Below, piece after piece: positions 1 to 10,374 of a DNA stretch of 64,000 bases. The DNA comes from an uncultured Acidimicrobiia bacterium (GTDB taxonomy: Bacteria; Acidobacteriota; Terriglobia; Versatilivoradales; Versatilivoraceae), in contig CAWBAT010000008.1 of the NCBI GenBank assembly GCA_963786955.1, forward strand, positions 256,001 to 320,000, read 5' to 3'. The notes under the pieces are model-generated. The model was given only the letters and a program-made list of their open reading frames with translations. It ran no database searches and was not told the DNA's origin. The first letter of the stretch is position 1. The number at the start of each line of letters is the position of its first letter. The position numbers and the translations under genes were made by a program.

Positions 1-1025
1 AAGCAGCACTTTTTCCCTCCGTAAGGCGAGACCGATCCTAGAAGGAACGGTTTACAAGTTTTTCGATTTTAAAATTATGGCCGATTTTGGAAATGGCCAG
101 TCGCTTGTACAGGATGCTTATGTGGGTTTCAACTATTTGCCACGAACCCAATTCCGGCTCGGCAAATTCAAGCCTCCGGTTGGCCTGGAAGCGTTTACAG
201 GCGGATGTTGACACGATCTTTGTCGAGCGAGCGCTTCCAACAGATTTGGTTCCCAATCGGGACCTTGGGGTTCAAGTGTTTGGGGAGCATCTTGGAGGTG
301 TTTTCAACTACGCCTTAGGTGTATTCAATGGGGTCGTGGACGGCGGCAATGGCGATCTGGACACGAACAACACCAAAGACTTCGCCGGGCGAGTCTTCCT
401 TAACCCCTTTCAGTCAAGCAGCATTGCATCACTCAAAGGACTGGGTATTGGCCTTGCAGGCACTTCAGGCAGTCAACAAGGGCCTCTTCCTGTCTTGAGG
501 ACACCTGCTCAGGCAATCTTCTTCAACTATTACCCGAGTACTTTAGCTGACGGGAATCGTAACCTTATTACACCCCAGGCTTATTACTATATGGGTCCTT
601 TCGGATTGTTGGGCGAGTATGTTCAAACCGCCCAAGATGTGAAGAATGGAAACACCTTTGGAGAAATCAGCATGAGTTCCTGGCAGGTGGCTGCCTCCTA
701 TGTGATCACGGGTGAGAAGGCTTCCTTCAAGAGTGTGACACCTAAAAAGCAGTTCAATCCTGGGGTTAGAAGTTTTGGCGCTGTTGAGCTGGTAGGCCGT
801 TATACCCAATTGAATATTGACAACGAGGCGTTCATCTAGAAATTTGCCAACCCGAATGTTTCTGCCAGCCGTGCCAGCACCTGGACCGCCGGTGTAAACT
901 GGTATTTCAACGAAACCTCAGGCTTCAGTTGAACTACGAGCAATCGGCCTTCAAAGGTGGCAATACTACGGGGGATCGGCAAACGGAGAAAGTAATTCTC
1001 AGCCGTTTCCAGGTGGCCTGTTTAG
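1..1025 (+). CDS. Phosphate-selective porin OprO/OprP family (5' partial, frameshifted)
   Basis: Frame from base 2 reads LRKARPILEGTVYKFFDFKIMADFG...QDAYV...GKFKPPVGLE. ORF 87..839 continues ERALPTDLVPNRDLGVQ and SWQVAASYVITGE; the tail has GVNWYFN and ends FQVA. Lies upstream of a sulfate ABC operon. Confidence 0.85.
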
Positions 1026-1083
1026 ATTACTTATATAGGAATATTCTTAGGAAGCTTATGCCACTACAGGACAGGAGAAAAGA

Positions 1084-2103
1084 ATGGTGAGAAAGTTTCT
1101 GACCGCGCTATTGATGGCCTTTATCTTTATTTTGGGGGTGGCCTGGCCGGTCCCTGCCGGCAGTACCGTAACGCTGCTCAATGTGTCCTACGACCCAACC
1201 CGGGAACTTTATCAGGAATTCAACGCGGCCTTCGCCAAGTTCTGGAAACAAAAGAACAATCAGGATGTTTCGATTAAGCAATCTCACGGAGGTTCAGGAA
1301 AGCAAGCGAGGTCAGTGATGGATGGACTGGGAGCGGATGTGGTCAGCCTCGCTCTCGCTTATGACATTGACGCCATAGCCGAGAAAGCCAGATTGCTCCC
1401 CAAAAACTGGCAATCCCGGCTTCCCAATAACAGTGCTCCTTACACCTCGACCATTGTCTTTCTCGTGCGCAAAGGCAATCCCAAGAAAATCAAGGATTGG
1501 GATGATCTCGCGAGACCCAACGTCTCCGTAATTACCCCAAACCCCAAGACCTCGGGGGGCGCCCGCTGGAATTATCTAGCCGCTTGGGGGTATGCCCTAA
1601 AGCACCAGGGAGGTGACGAGGCCAAAGCCAAGGATTTTGTGAGCCGCTTATACAAGAATGTTCCGGTGCTTGATTCCGGTGCGCGCGGATCCACAACCAC
1701 CTTCGTGGCACGGGGCATTGGGGATGTGCTCATCAATTGGGAGAACGAAGTTCTGAATGTGATCAAGGAAATAGGCAAAGACAAGTATGAGGTGATTGTC
1801 CCATCCACCAGCATTCTTGCGGAACCTCCGGTCAGTCTTGTGGATAAAGTCGCCGATAAACATGGCACTCGCGTTGTGGCTCAAGCCTATCTCGAGTATC
1901 TGTACTCTGAGGAAGGGCAGGAGATTGCTGCGAGGAATTTTTATCGACCTCGACAAAGTCAAGTAGCGGCAAAATACTCGTCTCAATTCGCGAAGGTGAA
2001 CCTCTTTACCATCGATGAACTTTTTGGAGGCTGGCAAAAAGCCCAGCAGACCCACTTTGCCGATGGCGGGAGCTTTGACCAGATTTATCAGCCATCCCGC
2101 TAG
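1084..2103 (+). CDS. sbp: Sulfate ABC transporter substrate-binding protein
   Basis: [43 protein letters not shown] and [12 protein letters not shown] motifs; signal peptide; RBS AGGAG. Confidence 0.95.
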   Translation: MVRKFLTALLMAFIFILGVAWPVPAGSTVTLLNVSYDPTRELYQEFNAAFAKFWKQKNNQDVSIKQSHGGSGKQARSVMDGLGADVVSLALAYDIDAIAEKARLLPKNWQSRLPNNSAPYTSTIVFLVRKGNPKKIKDWDDLARPNVSVITPNPKTSGGARWNYLAAWGYALKHQGGDEAKAKDFVSRLYKNVPVLDSGARGSTTTFVARGIGDVLINWENEVLNVIKEIGKDKYEVIVPSTSILAEPPVSLVDKVADKHGTRVVAQAYLEYLYSEEGQEIAARNFYRPRQSQVAAKYSSQFAKVNLFTIDELFGGWQKAQQTHFADGGSFDQIYQPSR

Positions 2104-2110
2104 CTTTATA

Positions 2111-2230
2111 ATGTTCGATCACCTTTCGGTTGGCGAAGTTTTCGGAGGCGGGAAACAAGTGCAAGAAAATCACTTTGACGATAGCGGAATTTTCGATCAC
2201 ATTTACCAGCCAAGCAGGACAATCGTCTAG
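2111..2230 (+). pseudogene. Diverged duplicate of the sbp 3' end (39-codon ORF)
   Basis: MFDHLSVGEVFGGGKQVQENHFDDSGIFDHIYQPSR aligns with the Sbp C-terminus [35 protein letters not shown]. Confidence 0.7.
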
Positions 2231-2248
2231 ATCGAATTGGAGATGTAG

Positions 2249-3091
2249 ATGGCTATCGGTTTTAAGCAGCGGAGTATTTTGCCCGGTTTTGGATTGGCGA
2301 TGGGGATCACTCTGTCTTATCTAAGCCTGATCGTTCTCATCCCTCTCTCCGCAGCTTTCCTCAAGACGGCCACCCTTAGCTGGGACCAGTTCTGGAGCAA
2401 GATTGCCGATCCCCGGGCATTAGCCTCATATCGACTCACCTTTGGGGCATCTCTGATTGCGGCAGGGGTCAATCTACTGTTTGGTTTCTTAGTGGCCTGG
2501 GTTCTGGTGCGATATGAATTTCCCGGGAGAAAGGTCATCGATTCTCTGGTCGACCTGCCTTTCGCTTTGCCAACTGCGGTGGCCGGGATCGCATTAACGG
2601 CCATCTATTCCAGCAAGGGTTGGATAGGACAATATCTCGAGCCCTTTGGCATCAAAACAGCTTATTCACCGCTCGGCGTCGTCATTGCACTCACGTTTAT
2701 TGGATTGCCGTTTGTCGTGCGGACCGTTCAACCGGTTCTCGAGGATCTGGACAGAGAGATCGAAGAGGCTGCGGCCAGCCTTGGTGCGAATCGCTGGCAG
2801 ACATTCCGAAGAATCATCTTGCCACCGGTCCTTCCAGCGGCAGTGACAGGTTTCACGATGGCCTTTTCCCGGGCCATTGGCGAGTACGGCTCCGTAGTGT
2901 TCATTTCAGGCAACCTGCCGATGCGCACTGAAATCACTCCCTTGCTGATCGTCACCAAGCTTGAAGAGTACGACTACGCGGGCGCTACGGCCATTGCGGT
3001 CGTCATGCTCGTGGTCTCATTTTCATTGTTGCTTCTTATTAATTTGCTGCAGCGATGGAGCAGCCAGCGCCTCGGGGACGTCAGCAGTTGA
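2249..3091 (+). CDS. cysT: Sulfate ABC transporter permease CysT
   Basis: [20 protein letters not shown] loop [21 protein letters not shown]. Confidence 0.95.
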   Translation: MAIGFKQRSILPGFGLAMGITLSYLSLIVLIPLSAAFLKTATLSWDQFWSKIADPRALASYRLTFGASLIAAGVNLLFGFLVAWVLVRYEFPGRKVIDSLVDLPFALPTAVAGIALTAIYSSKGWIGQYLEPFGIKTAYSPLGVVIALTFIGLPFVVRTVQPVLEDLDREIEEAAASLGANRWQTFRRIILPPVLPAAVTGFTMAFSRAIGEYGSVVFISGNLPMRTEITPLLIVTKLEEYDYAGATAIAVVMLVVSFSLLLLINLLQRWSSQRLGDVSS

Positions 3092-3246
3092 AAATTTGTG
3101 AACAGCTTTAAAGGATTTCTTTCACGGTCCGCTCAACATAGCTCACTGCTCGTCCCAGAAAGTCAGAGAGATGGGTGGACCTTCTGACGGCCGTTCGGGG
3201 AATAGGAACCTGTTCCAAAAGTCGCCTCATTTAGGAGAGTAGCCGG

Positions 3247-4153
3247 GTGGCAGGAAACGTTTCATTGAATATCCATCGATCGTCACGATCTGTACAGCAG
3301 GCAACCCATGAACCCGCCTGGGTGCGCCGTTTGATGATTGGAACAGCCGTGGCGTTCCTGATTCTCTTTATATTCTTGCCTCTGGCGATGGTGTTTCATT
3401 TCGGCGCTTGAAAAAGGAGTGGGAGTGTATCTGCAGGCGATCAGTGAACCGGACGCCCTGTCTGCTATTTACCTGACTCTCTTGACGGCTGCGATTGCCG
3501 TGACCCTTAATTTGATGTTCGGGATTGCTGCCTCGTGGGCGATTGCCAAATTTCATTTTGTGGGCAAGAGTCTCTTGATCACTTTGATTGACCTTCCCTT
3601 TTCCGTCTCTCCCGTGGTTTCAGGGCTAATCTATGTGCTGATTTTCGGCTTGCAGGGTTTTCTGGGTCCCTGGCTGGACGAACATGACATCAAGATTATC
3701 TTTGCGGTGCCTGGTATTGTCCTGGCAACTATTTTTGTTACGTTTCCCTTTGTTGCCCGCGAATTAATTCCCTTGATGCAAGCTCAAGGCAGCGAGGAAG
3801 AAGAAGCCGCCTTGACGCTAGGGGCCAGCGGTTGGCAGACTTTCTACCGGGTCACTTTGCCGAATATCAAATGGGGTTTGTTGTATGGGGTTATCTTATG
3901 TAATGCTCGTGCCATGGGGGAGTTTGGCGCAGTATCCGTCGTTTCCGGACATATCCGCGGCTTGACCAATACGATGCCTCTTTATATTGAAATTCTTTAC
4001 AATGAATACCAATTCGTGGCGGCATTTGCAGTCGCTTCCTTATTAGCTTTGTTGGCTCTAGTCACTTTGGGGATTAAGAGTTTTGTCGAGTGGAGAGTAC
4101 GCCAGCAATTGGCACAATTAGAGGCAGACTCGTCAAGTGGCGGAAAAGCATGA
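3247..4153 (+). CDS. cysW: Sulfate ABC transporter permease CysW (frameshifted near 5' end)
   Basis: [48 protein letters not shown] at 3247 follows GGAGAG. Confidence 0.92.
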
Positions 4154-5215
4154 GTATTGAAGCAGTCAAGATCACGAAGAAATTCGGCAATTTCACGGCT
4201 CTACAAGGATGTTGACTTGGAAGTGCCTTCCGGGGAATTGGTGGCTTTGCTGGGACCGTCGGGTTCAGGCAAGACAACACTTCTGCGAATCATCGCAGGC
4301 TTGGAGATTCCCGATTCAGGGTGGGTCCGGTTTGAGGGAAATGACATCACCGATCGAAACACGCGAGAGCGCCAGGTCGGTTTTGTTTTTCAGCATTATG
4401 CCTTGTTCCGGCATATGACAGTCTTTGAGAATATTGCCTTTGGACTTCGCGTCCGGCCACGGCAATTTCGTCCCTTCGGAGGAAGAGATTCGTGCCAAAG
4501 TGCATGAGCTGTTGCGCCTCGTTCAGCTGGAACAACGGGCGGGACGCTTTCCGAATCAGCTTTCGGGGGGACAACGTCAGCGGATCGCTTTGGCAAGGGC
4601 ATTAGCGGTGGAACCGAAGGTGCTGCTTCTGGATGAACCTTTCGGTGCATTGGATGCTAAAGTTCGGCAGGAATTGCGGCGCTGGTTAAGGCGATTGCAT
4701 GACGAAATTCATATCACCAGCTTGTTTGTGACGCATGATCAGGAGGAGGCCCTGGAGGTGGCGGATCGGGTTGTCGTGATGAATGAAGGCAGGTGGAGCA
4801 GGCAGGTACTCCGAATGAAGTCTATCACCAGTCCATCAACCCCGTTTGTCTATAATTTCCTGGGGAATGTAAACTTGTTTCATGGCCGTATTGAAGACAA
4901 CAAAGCTTACATCAGCGGTGCGCCAGGCGAAGATGCTGACAACCCTCTTCTCTTCCGCAAGAAACTGTTTTTTATGTTCGTCCCCATCTCATGGATATCG
5001 ACCATAATCCCAATGGCAAGAATCACGTTCGGGCTACCGTTCGACACATCAACTCCGCGGGTCCGTTAGTAAAGGTTGAAGTGTTGACCAAGGCAGGAGA
5101 CTCCGTTCACGTGGAATTAACCCAAGAAAGATTGAAGGAATTGCGGCTTAAGAAGAATGATGAGGTCTTCGTCTTCCCTAAGGATATGAAGCTTTTCATC
5201 GACTATCAGATTTAA
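4150..5215 (+). CDS. cysA: Sulfate ABC transporter ATP-binding protein CysA (frameshifted)
   Basis: Walker A GPSGSGKT, signature LSGGQRQR, Walker [12 protein letters not shown] and a C-terminal TOBE-like segment, spread over ORFs 4157, 4425 and 4991. Confidence 0.93.
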
Positions 5216-5350
5216 AAGCTAGCTTTCCTTACATCATCAAGACGAGATCTCCCATCCATCCACCACGTCCATTCTGCATACCTCCCCCAACCTGGGAGAG
5301 GAATGCAATAATAAATCCTCGGCTCCCCTCCCCAACACAGATGAGGAGGA

Positions 5351-6356
5351 ACACTGGAAGCGATCCCGATTGGAACCAAAGGCCGACAGCAGTCGAGGTC
5401 CGAAAACGGGACCCGACCCTGGGAAACTGTGAAACAGGGTGTAATCATCGTGCTGCTGAAAGCGTTCCTTAAGCTGTTGATCAAACTGATGGATCGACTC
5501 GATCAGGGGTCGCAGCTGGCCCACCAGCGCCTGAATCATCAAGGCCGAAGCCGTCAACAGAGCGGGATCTGTGGTCAGGGGCTGGGCTTGGCGGATCTGC
5601 TCCAGACGTAACCCGATCCGGTCGGCATCCTCACGACTGTGCTTGTGATAGAATTGCCGCACCCGGGCTCGGGAGGCCTTCTGCAGAGACTGGAGGCTGG
5701 GCCATTGCTGGAGGAAAGCGCAGGCTCGCAGATGGTCCAGCGGCCCCGCCCATTCCAGAGCCTGAGGAAAGGTCTCCTTCAGCAGGCTGGTGAGTTGGTT
5801 GGTCAAAGCCGTGCGGCGATTCACCAGTTTGCGGCGATGCTCGGCCAACAGTCGCAAACAGCGAGTGCTGGCCTCATCGGGCACCCAGACCCGCAACCGG
5901 TCTCGGTGCTTTTCCAGCATCTCCAGCAGCAAGAGGGCATCTTGCGGATCATCCTTAGCACCGCTGGGGTAGAAGGCTTTGCGGTACTTAGCCAGGCTCT
6001 GAGGATTGACCGGATACAAGAGGAGGAAGTCCACATTCATTAACGCATAGAGTAAACTCCCTCGGGACTGTTCCAGGGCAATGGCGACGCGCCGGCCTTG
6101 AAAACGTTGGCGCAGTTCCTGAATCCAGGCCCGTAAACTTTCTGGTTTCTGATCCAAAACATGGGTTTCGATTGGAGGCGAACCAGCCACTCGCAGGCGG
6201 ATCACATGTTGCTGGTCGGCCCAATCTAAGCCGATGAAGGCGGCAATCTCAAGGTCGGAACTCATAGATTCCTCCGGGTCATAGAATATGGACAACTCGC
6301 AGGCTGGGGCGGGCATAACCCTTATAGTGAGTCCTCGAGGGACAACCTCTGAGTAT
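5351..6356 (-). mobile_element. IS110-family element, transposase truncated at the 3' end
   Basis: ATG at 6265 with RBS GGAGG. DEDD RuvC-like motifs IGLDWAD, IALE and AKDDPQDA, then SFPGSGPVFGPRLL...DRFQ. The C-terminal SGIAP/catalytic-Ser region expected in IS110 transposases is missing. Confidence 0.85.
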
Positions 6357-6503
6357 AGGGGTTGGGGGTGAGGGGGGGTGCTAGGCTGCGGGGGGTATTC
6401 TAACTGCTCTCTTCCTCCATTGAAGTCAAACGGCGGTGGGTTCATTGGTAACAAAGACCGTGCAAGATGCTCGCACCCAGTGGCTTTTTCCATGCATCCT
6501 TGC

Positions 6504-7884
6504 CTACTTGGGTATTACTTCAACCCGGGCAATGTACCCTTCTACGTCGACTTTCCGTTTAAGGCTTTCCCCGGACATTGAGCGGATTGTGCCGTAGACA
6601 GGGCGCGAACCCCAAGGGCGGTCGTGAAGTCCGAAGCACCATAGGATTCCTGTCCAGGAATTGGGATTCCTTCCATCCAAGCCGTATTGATTGTTCAAGA
6701 AAATCATGGTCTCCAAAGCTTCAGCATAGGTTCGGCTCCACTCGATAATCTTTTTTCCCCAATACATACGCATGTAGCCATGGATCTTTCCCACCGAGAG
6801 TAATTCCTGTTGGCAGGCGTTCCAGATGGGATCATGGGTTCGAGCCGCTTCGAATGCTTCCAGAGAGTAAAGATTAGGGTCGGCGGTCGCGAGCATGGCG
6901 GCTTAGGTTTTCCTGCACCCAGCGCGGCAAGGCCTGCAAGGATTCATAGTCACCCGAGAATCGTGTAAAGTTATAAGACAATTCGCGCCGAACGATGAGT
7001 TCTTCCAGGAAGGCCTCGGTGGACAGCTCATTTCTGCCTGCCGCTTTGGCTTTTAAGGCAACCTCCAGAGGAGAAATCATTCCAAAGTGCAAATAGGGGC
7101 TCAAGTTTGAAGTCCCGTGAACGGAAGGGTCATTTCGAATCTGGGCGTAGTTTTCCAGTTTGTGGTCTAGAAATTCTTTGAGGTGGCGGTGCGCCTCAGA
7201 ACCGCCTCCCTTAAAGAAAATGGAAGGCTTGATGGCGTGATTGATGGCACATTCTGCCACCCATTTTTCGATGGGTTGCCGGAGCAGGGGAGTGTCTTGC
7301 CAGTCGACTTTGAGTTTCGAAGAATCTTTATCAATTGAGAGTCTCTCCATGGGCTTGAGATGATCAGACAGGAGCCTCCGGATCTTGGGTCGGATTGTTC
7401 GGGCGGCATATTCTTGCTTGGTGAATTCACCAAGCGGAACGATGCCATTGGAATCGACCGCGAAGAAAGGGATGTCGATTTGTTCAGCGACTCGAGCATT
7501 ATGCCGGGGAATGATAAAGGCCGGAAAATCGTCTGTAACCAAAATTGCAGCTTCTTCAGCCAGATGCAGGACAACAGGATAGCGCTCCTTGGCTTGGCGC
7601 TCGAGATGAAAAAGGTAACGAATCCCTCTCTCTTCGAAGCGCTCTTTCAAGTCCAGGGAATTCTCAAGGATGAATTGGTGAATGCGGTCACAGGCATAGG
7701 GATAGGAATACTTCAACCCTTCGTAGACCAGAAGCGGCAGTTTCAATTCATTGGCCTGCCCAATGGCAAAGTTAAGCGCATGGTTATTTTCCACCCGTTT
7801 GAACATCTGCATCCAGTAAATCACGTAACGGGCTTTCCGCCGAACTGGAGCTGATTTCAGACTAACGATCCGTTTGTTATCCAT
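6504..7884 (-). CDS. phr: Deoxyribodipyrimidine photolyase, class II (frameshifted)
   Basis: YVIYWMQ...ENNHAL, SNLSPYLHFGMIS, FLEELIVRRELS, THDPIWNACQ, HGYMRMYWGKKI, LDGRNPNS. Confidence 0.92.
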
Positions 7885-8389
7885 AGGCGCTGGGTCCTGA
7901 AAGAATTCTTATCGGTCAATTGTGCTGGAGCCCGCGACGCAACCCTTGCGCCGTATCCCTCACCTGGAACTTCGGTTCCACTATTCTGACGCTAATTGGG
8001 TTGTTCCAATGAGTCAATTGTAAATGATCTAGCTGTAAGAGAATTCACCTCTTTTGAAACATACCACTCATCCGTCGTTGGCCCGGAGCTGCTATGAAAT
8101 AAGTAAGCGACTCTACCAGGGAGGGACTCCATTGAGATGTCCCCAATAGGACCGAATCTCCTCGGTTTTTGTTTGACGGGGAACAGTGAATATGCCAGAC
8201 TCGGCACACTGAGGCTCGCTATAAATAAGTAACTGCAGAGAATGCACATTCCGTTCGGTTGGAAAGAAAATCAGCCCCAGTGACTATTGGGGCCCACTCC
8301 TGGCCAAGAGAGAACGATTTGATTTTGGGTAAATGGATCCGCGTCAACGGAATGTGCCTGGTACAAACAAAAAAAGGAGACATCATTCC

Positions 8390-9163
8390 ATGTCCAGTAA
8401 GAAAACACGAAAGCGAGGTTTTGGTTGGGTGCCCGATCTTCCAGATCATCGGGACTTTCTGTACGGCGCCGTGCGCAAGATACCGAAGAGACTCCCTCCA
8501 AGAGCGGATTTGCGCCGGCAGTGTTCGCCGGTTGAGGATCAGGGTCAACTGGGCAGTTGCACGGGGAATGCGTTGGCTGGAGCCGTGGAGTTCCTGGAAA
8601 AAAAAGACAAAGTACCGTTCGTGGACGTGAGCCGGCTGTTTATCTACTACAATGAGCGGGCTATTGAAGGGACCATCAAATCCGACTCCGGGGCCATGAT
8701 CCGCGACGGCATCAAAACACTGGCGAAGCAAGGGGTCTGCTCGGAGAAATCATGGCCCTATGTCATCTCCAAGTTTAGCGTCAAGCCGGCTCCGACCTGC
8801 TACAAAGAGGCAGCCAACCACCAGATCACCTCATATCTCCGCATCACAACACTCAATGAAATGAGAACCTGTCTGGCCGATGGTTATCCGTTCGTCTTTG
8901 GCTTTACGGTTTACGAAAGTTTTGAGACGCAACAAGTCGCCAGAACCGGCATCGTGCCGATGCCGAAGTCGAAGGAAAGGGTCTTGGGTGGGCACGCGGT
9001 GCTGGCGGTGGGTTATGACGACGGAAAGAAGCAGTTTGTCGTGCGCAATTCATGGGGGACGGACTGGGGGCTGAAAGGCTACTTCATGATGCCGTACCCC
9101 TACCTTGCCGACCGCAATCTTTCTGATGACCTTTGGACGATTCGTTGCGGAGAGGCAATCTAG
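8390..9163 (+). CDS. Papain-like C1 cysteine peptidase
   Basis: DQGQLGSCTGNA (Gln/Cys), GGHAVLAVGYDD (His), VRNSWG (Asn); N-terminal GWVPDLPDHRD typical of xylellain-like bacterial C1A enzymes. Confidence 0.92.
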   Translation: MSSKKTRKRGFGWVPDLPDHRDFLYGAVRKIPKRLPPRADLRRQCSPVEDQGQLGSCTGNALAGAVEFLEKKDKVPFVDVSRLFIYYNERAIEGTIKSDSGAMIRDGIKTLAKQGVCSEKSWPYVISKFSVKPAPTCYKEAANHQITSYLRITTLNEMRTCLADGYPFVFGFTVYESFETQQVARTGIVPMPKSKERVLGGHAVLAVGYDDGKKQFVVRNSWGTDWGLKGYFMMPYPYLADRNLSDDLWTIRCGEAI

Positions 9164-9214
9164 TGACTGATTTGCCTACGGATTTAGGTGAAACGCGCGC
9201 TCCGCCGCGCGGTC

Positions 9215-9652
9215 CTGTCGGTACCGTCTGTGGTAGCGGGCGGGTCAACCCCTGTCAGTGCCCCCGGGCTGTCGGTACCGTCTGCGTTAGCGGGCGGGTC
9301 AACTCCTGTCAGTGCCCCCCGTGCTGTCGGTACCGCCTGCGTTAGCGGGCGGGTCAATCGTCATCAGCGCTACCTCGGGCTGTCGGTACCGCCTGCGGTA
9401 GCGGGCGGGTCAATCGTCATCAGCGCTACCTCGGGCTGTCGGTACCGTCTGTGGTAGCGGGCGGGTCAACTCCTGTCAGTGCCCCCCGTGCTGTCGGTAC
9501 CGCCTGCGGTAGCGGGCGGGTCAATCGTCATCAGCGCTACCTCGGGCTGTCGGTACCGTCTGTGGTAGCGGGCGGGTCAACTCCTGTCAGTGCCCCCCGT
9601 GCTGTCGGTACCGCCTGCGTTAGCGGGCGGGTCAATCGTCATCAGCGCTACC
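9215..9652 (+). repeat. Tandem REP array, 8 units of ~55 bp
   Basis: 34-bp core CTGTCGGTACCG(C/T)CTG(C/T)G(G/T)TAGCGGGCGGGTCAA repeated 8 times, with two linker types in the order A A B B A B A B. Confidence 0.95.
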
Positions 9653-9659
9653 TATCTCC

Positions 9660-10169
9660 TCAGTCAAACTCCGGCAGGTTATCGCCTTGCCCGTTGATGA
9701 CATAATCAATGGCGCGCTCGATGCTTCTCTCATTCCATAAATATCGCTTGCTGCCCTTGTCCGCCCAAGGAGTCTGTTGTGAAAGCCAATGGCCGTCCTG
9801 GCGCAATTGCCTCGTAGCGTTTGCCTTGAAAGCATTCAGGGCGTGCTCAGGTCGTGCTTTTCCGATAGCGACAACTACGTGCACGTGGTTTGTGCGTACG
9901 TTAATCGCATGCATGACCCAGTTGCGTAAAGTACAGGTTTCGCGCACAGCTGTCTCGACCGATTCGCGTTGGGCCGCATTCAAGGACACAGTTTCGCATT
10001 TGAGGGCCTGTGCATTATGTCGACGCCAGCGTTCGTTGGGTGGAATGGTCGGGGCCTGATATTGGTTGTGGAAACGGTCCACCGACCCCCGCCCGTCGCC
10101 ATGCAACCAGGTGCCGTAACAACGGAACGTGATGAGAAAGGCTAAGGGGAGGTTGGTGTTGTTCCACAT
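9660..10169 (-). CDS. REP-associated tyrosine transposase (RAYT, Y1 HUH family)
   Basis: N-terminal FLITFRCYG, HUH motif TNHVHVVV, C-terminal helix AIDYVINGQ with the putative catalytic Tyr; flanked by REP arrays. Confidence 0.85.
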   Translation of the reverse strand: MWNNTNLPLAFLITFRCYGTWLHGDGRGSVDRFHNQYQAPTIPPNERWRRHNAQALKCETVSLNAAQRESVETAVRETCTLRNWVMHAINVRTNHVHVVVAIGKARPEHALNAFKANATRQLRQDGHWLSQQTPWADKGSKRYLWNERSIERAIDYVINGQGDNLPEFD

Positions 10170-10189
10170 CTCTACAGTTCGGCAACACG

Positions 10190-10322
10190 GACCCGCCCGC
10201 TACCGCAAGCGGTACTGACATAGCGACAGATCGGCGACGCGACCCGCCCGCTACCGCAAGCGGTACTGACATAGCGACAGATCGGCGACCGCGACCCGCC
10301 CGCTACCGCAGGCGGTACTGAC
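10190..10322 (-). repeat. REP array, 3 units, inverted relative to 9215-9652
   Basis: GACCCGCCCGCTACCGCA(A/G)GCGGTACTGAC x3, the reverse complement of the same core, with a third linker type ATAGCGACAGATCGGCGAC. Confidence 0.95.
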
Positions 10323-10374
10323 TCGCGGGCTGCCCGGCAACAGCATTCGCATGGTCGCTGCGGCCTCACGGTGC

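Noticed and set aside
9215-9652. CRISPR array (34-bp repeat with ~21-bp spacers)
   Set aside because: Spacers are only two recurring sequences, no cas genes are present, and inverted copies flank a RAYT gene.
9133-10369. Small ORFs with SVPPAVAGG repeats
   Set aside because: These are read-throughs of the REP arrays with no independent coding evidence.
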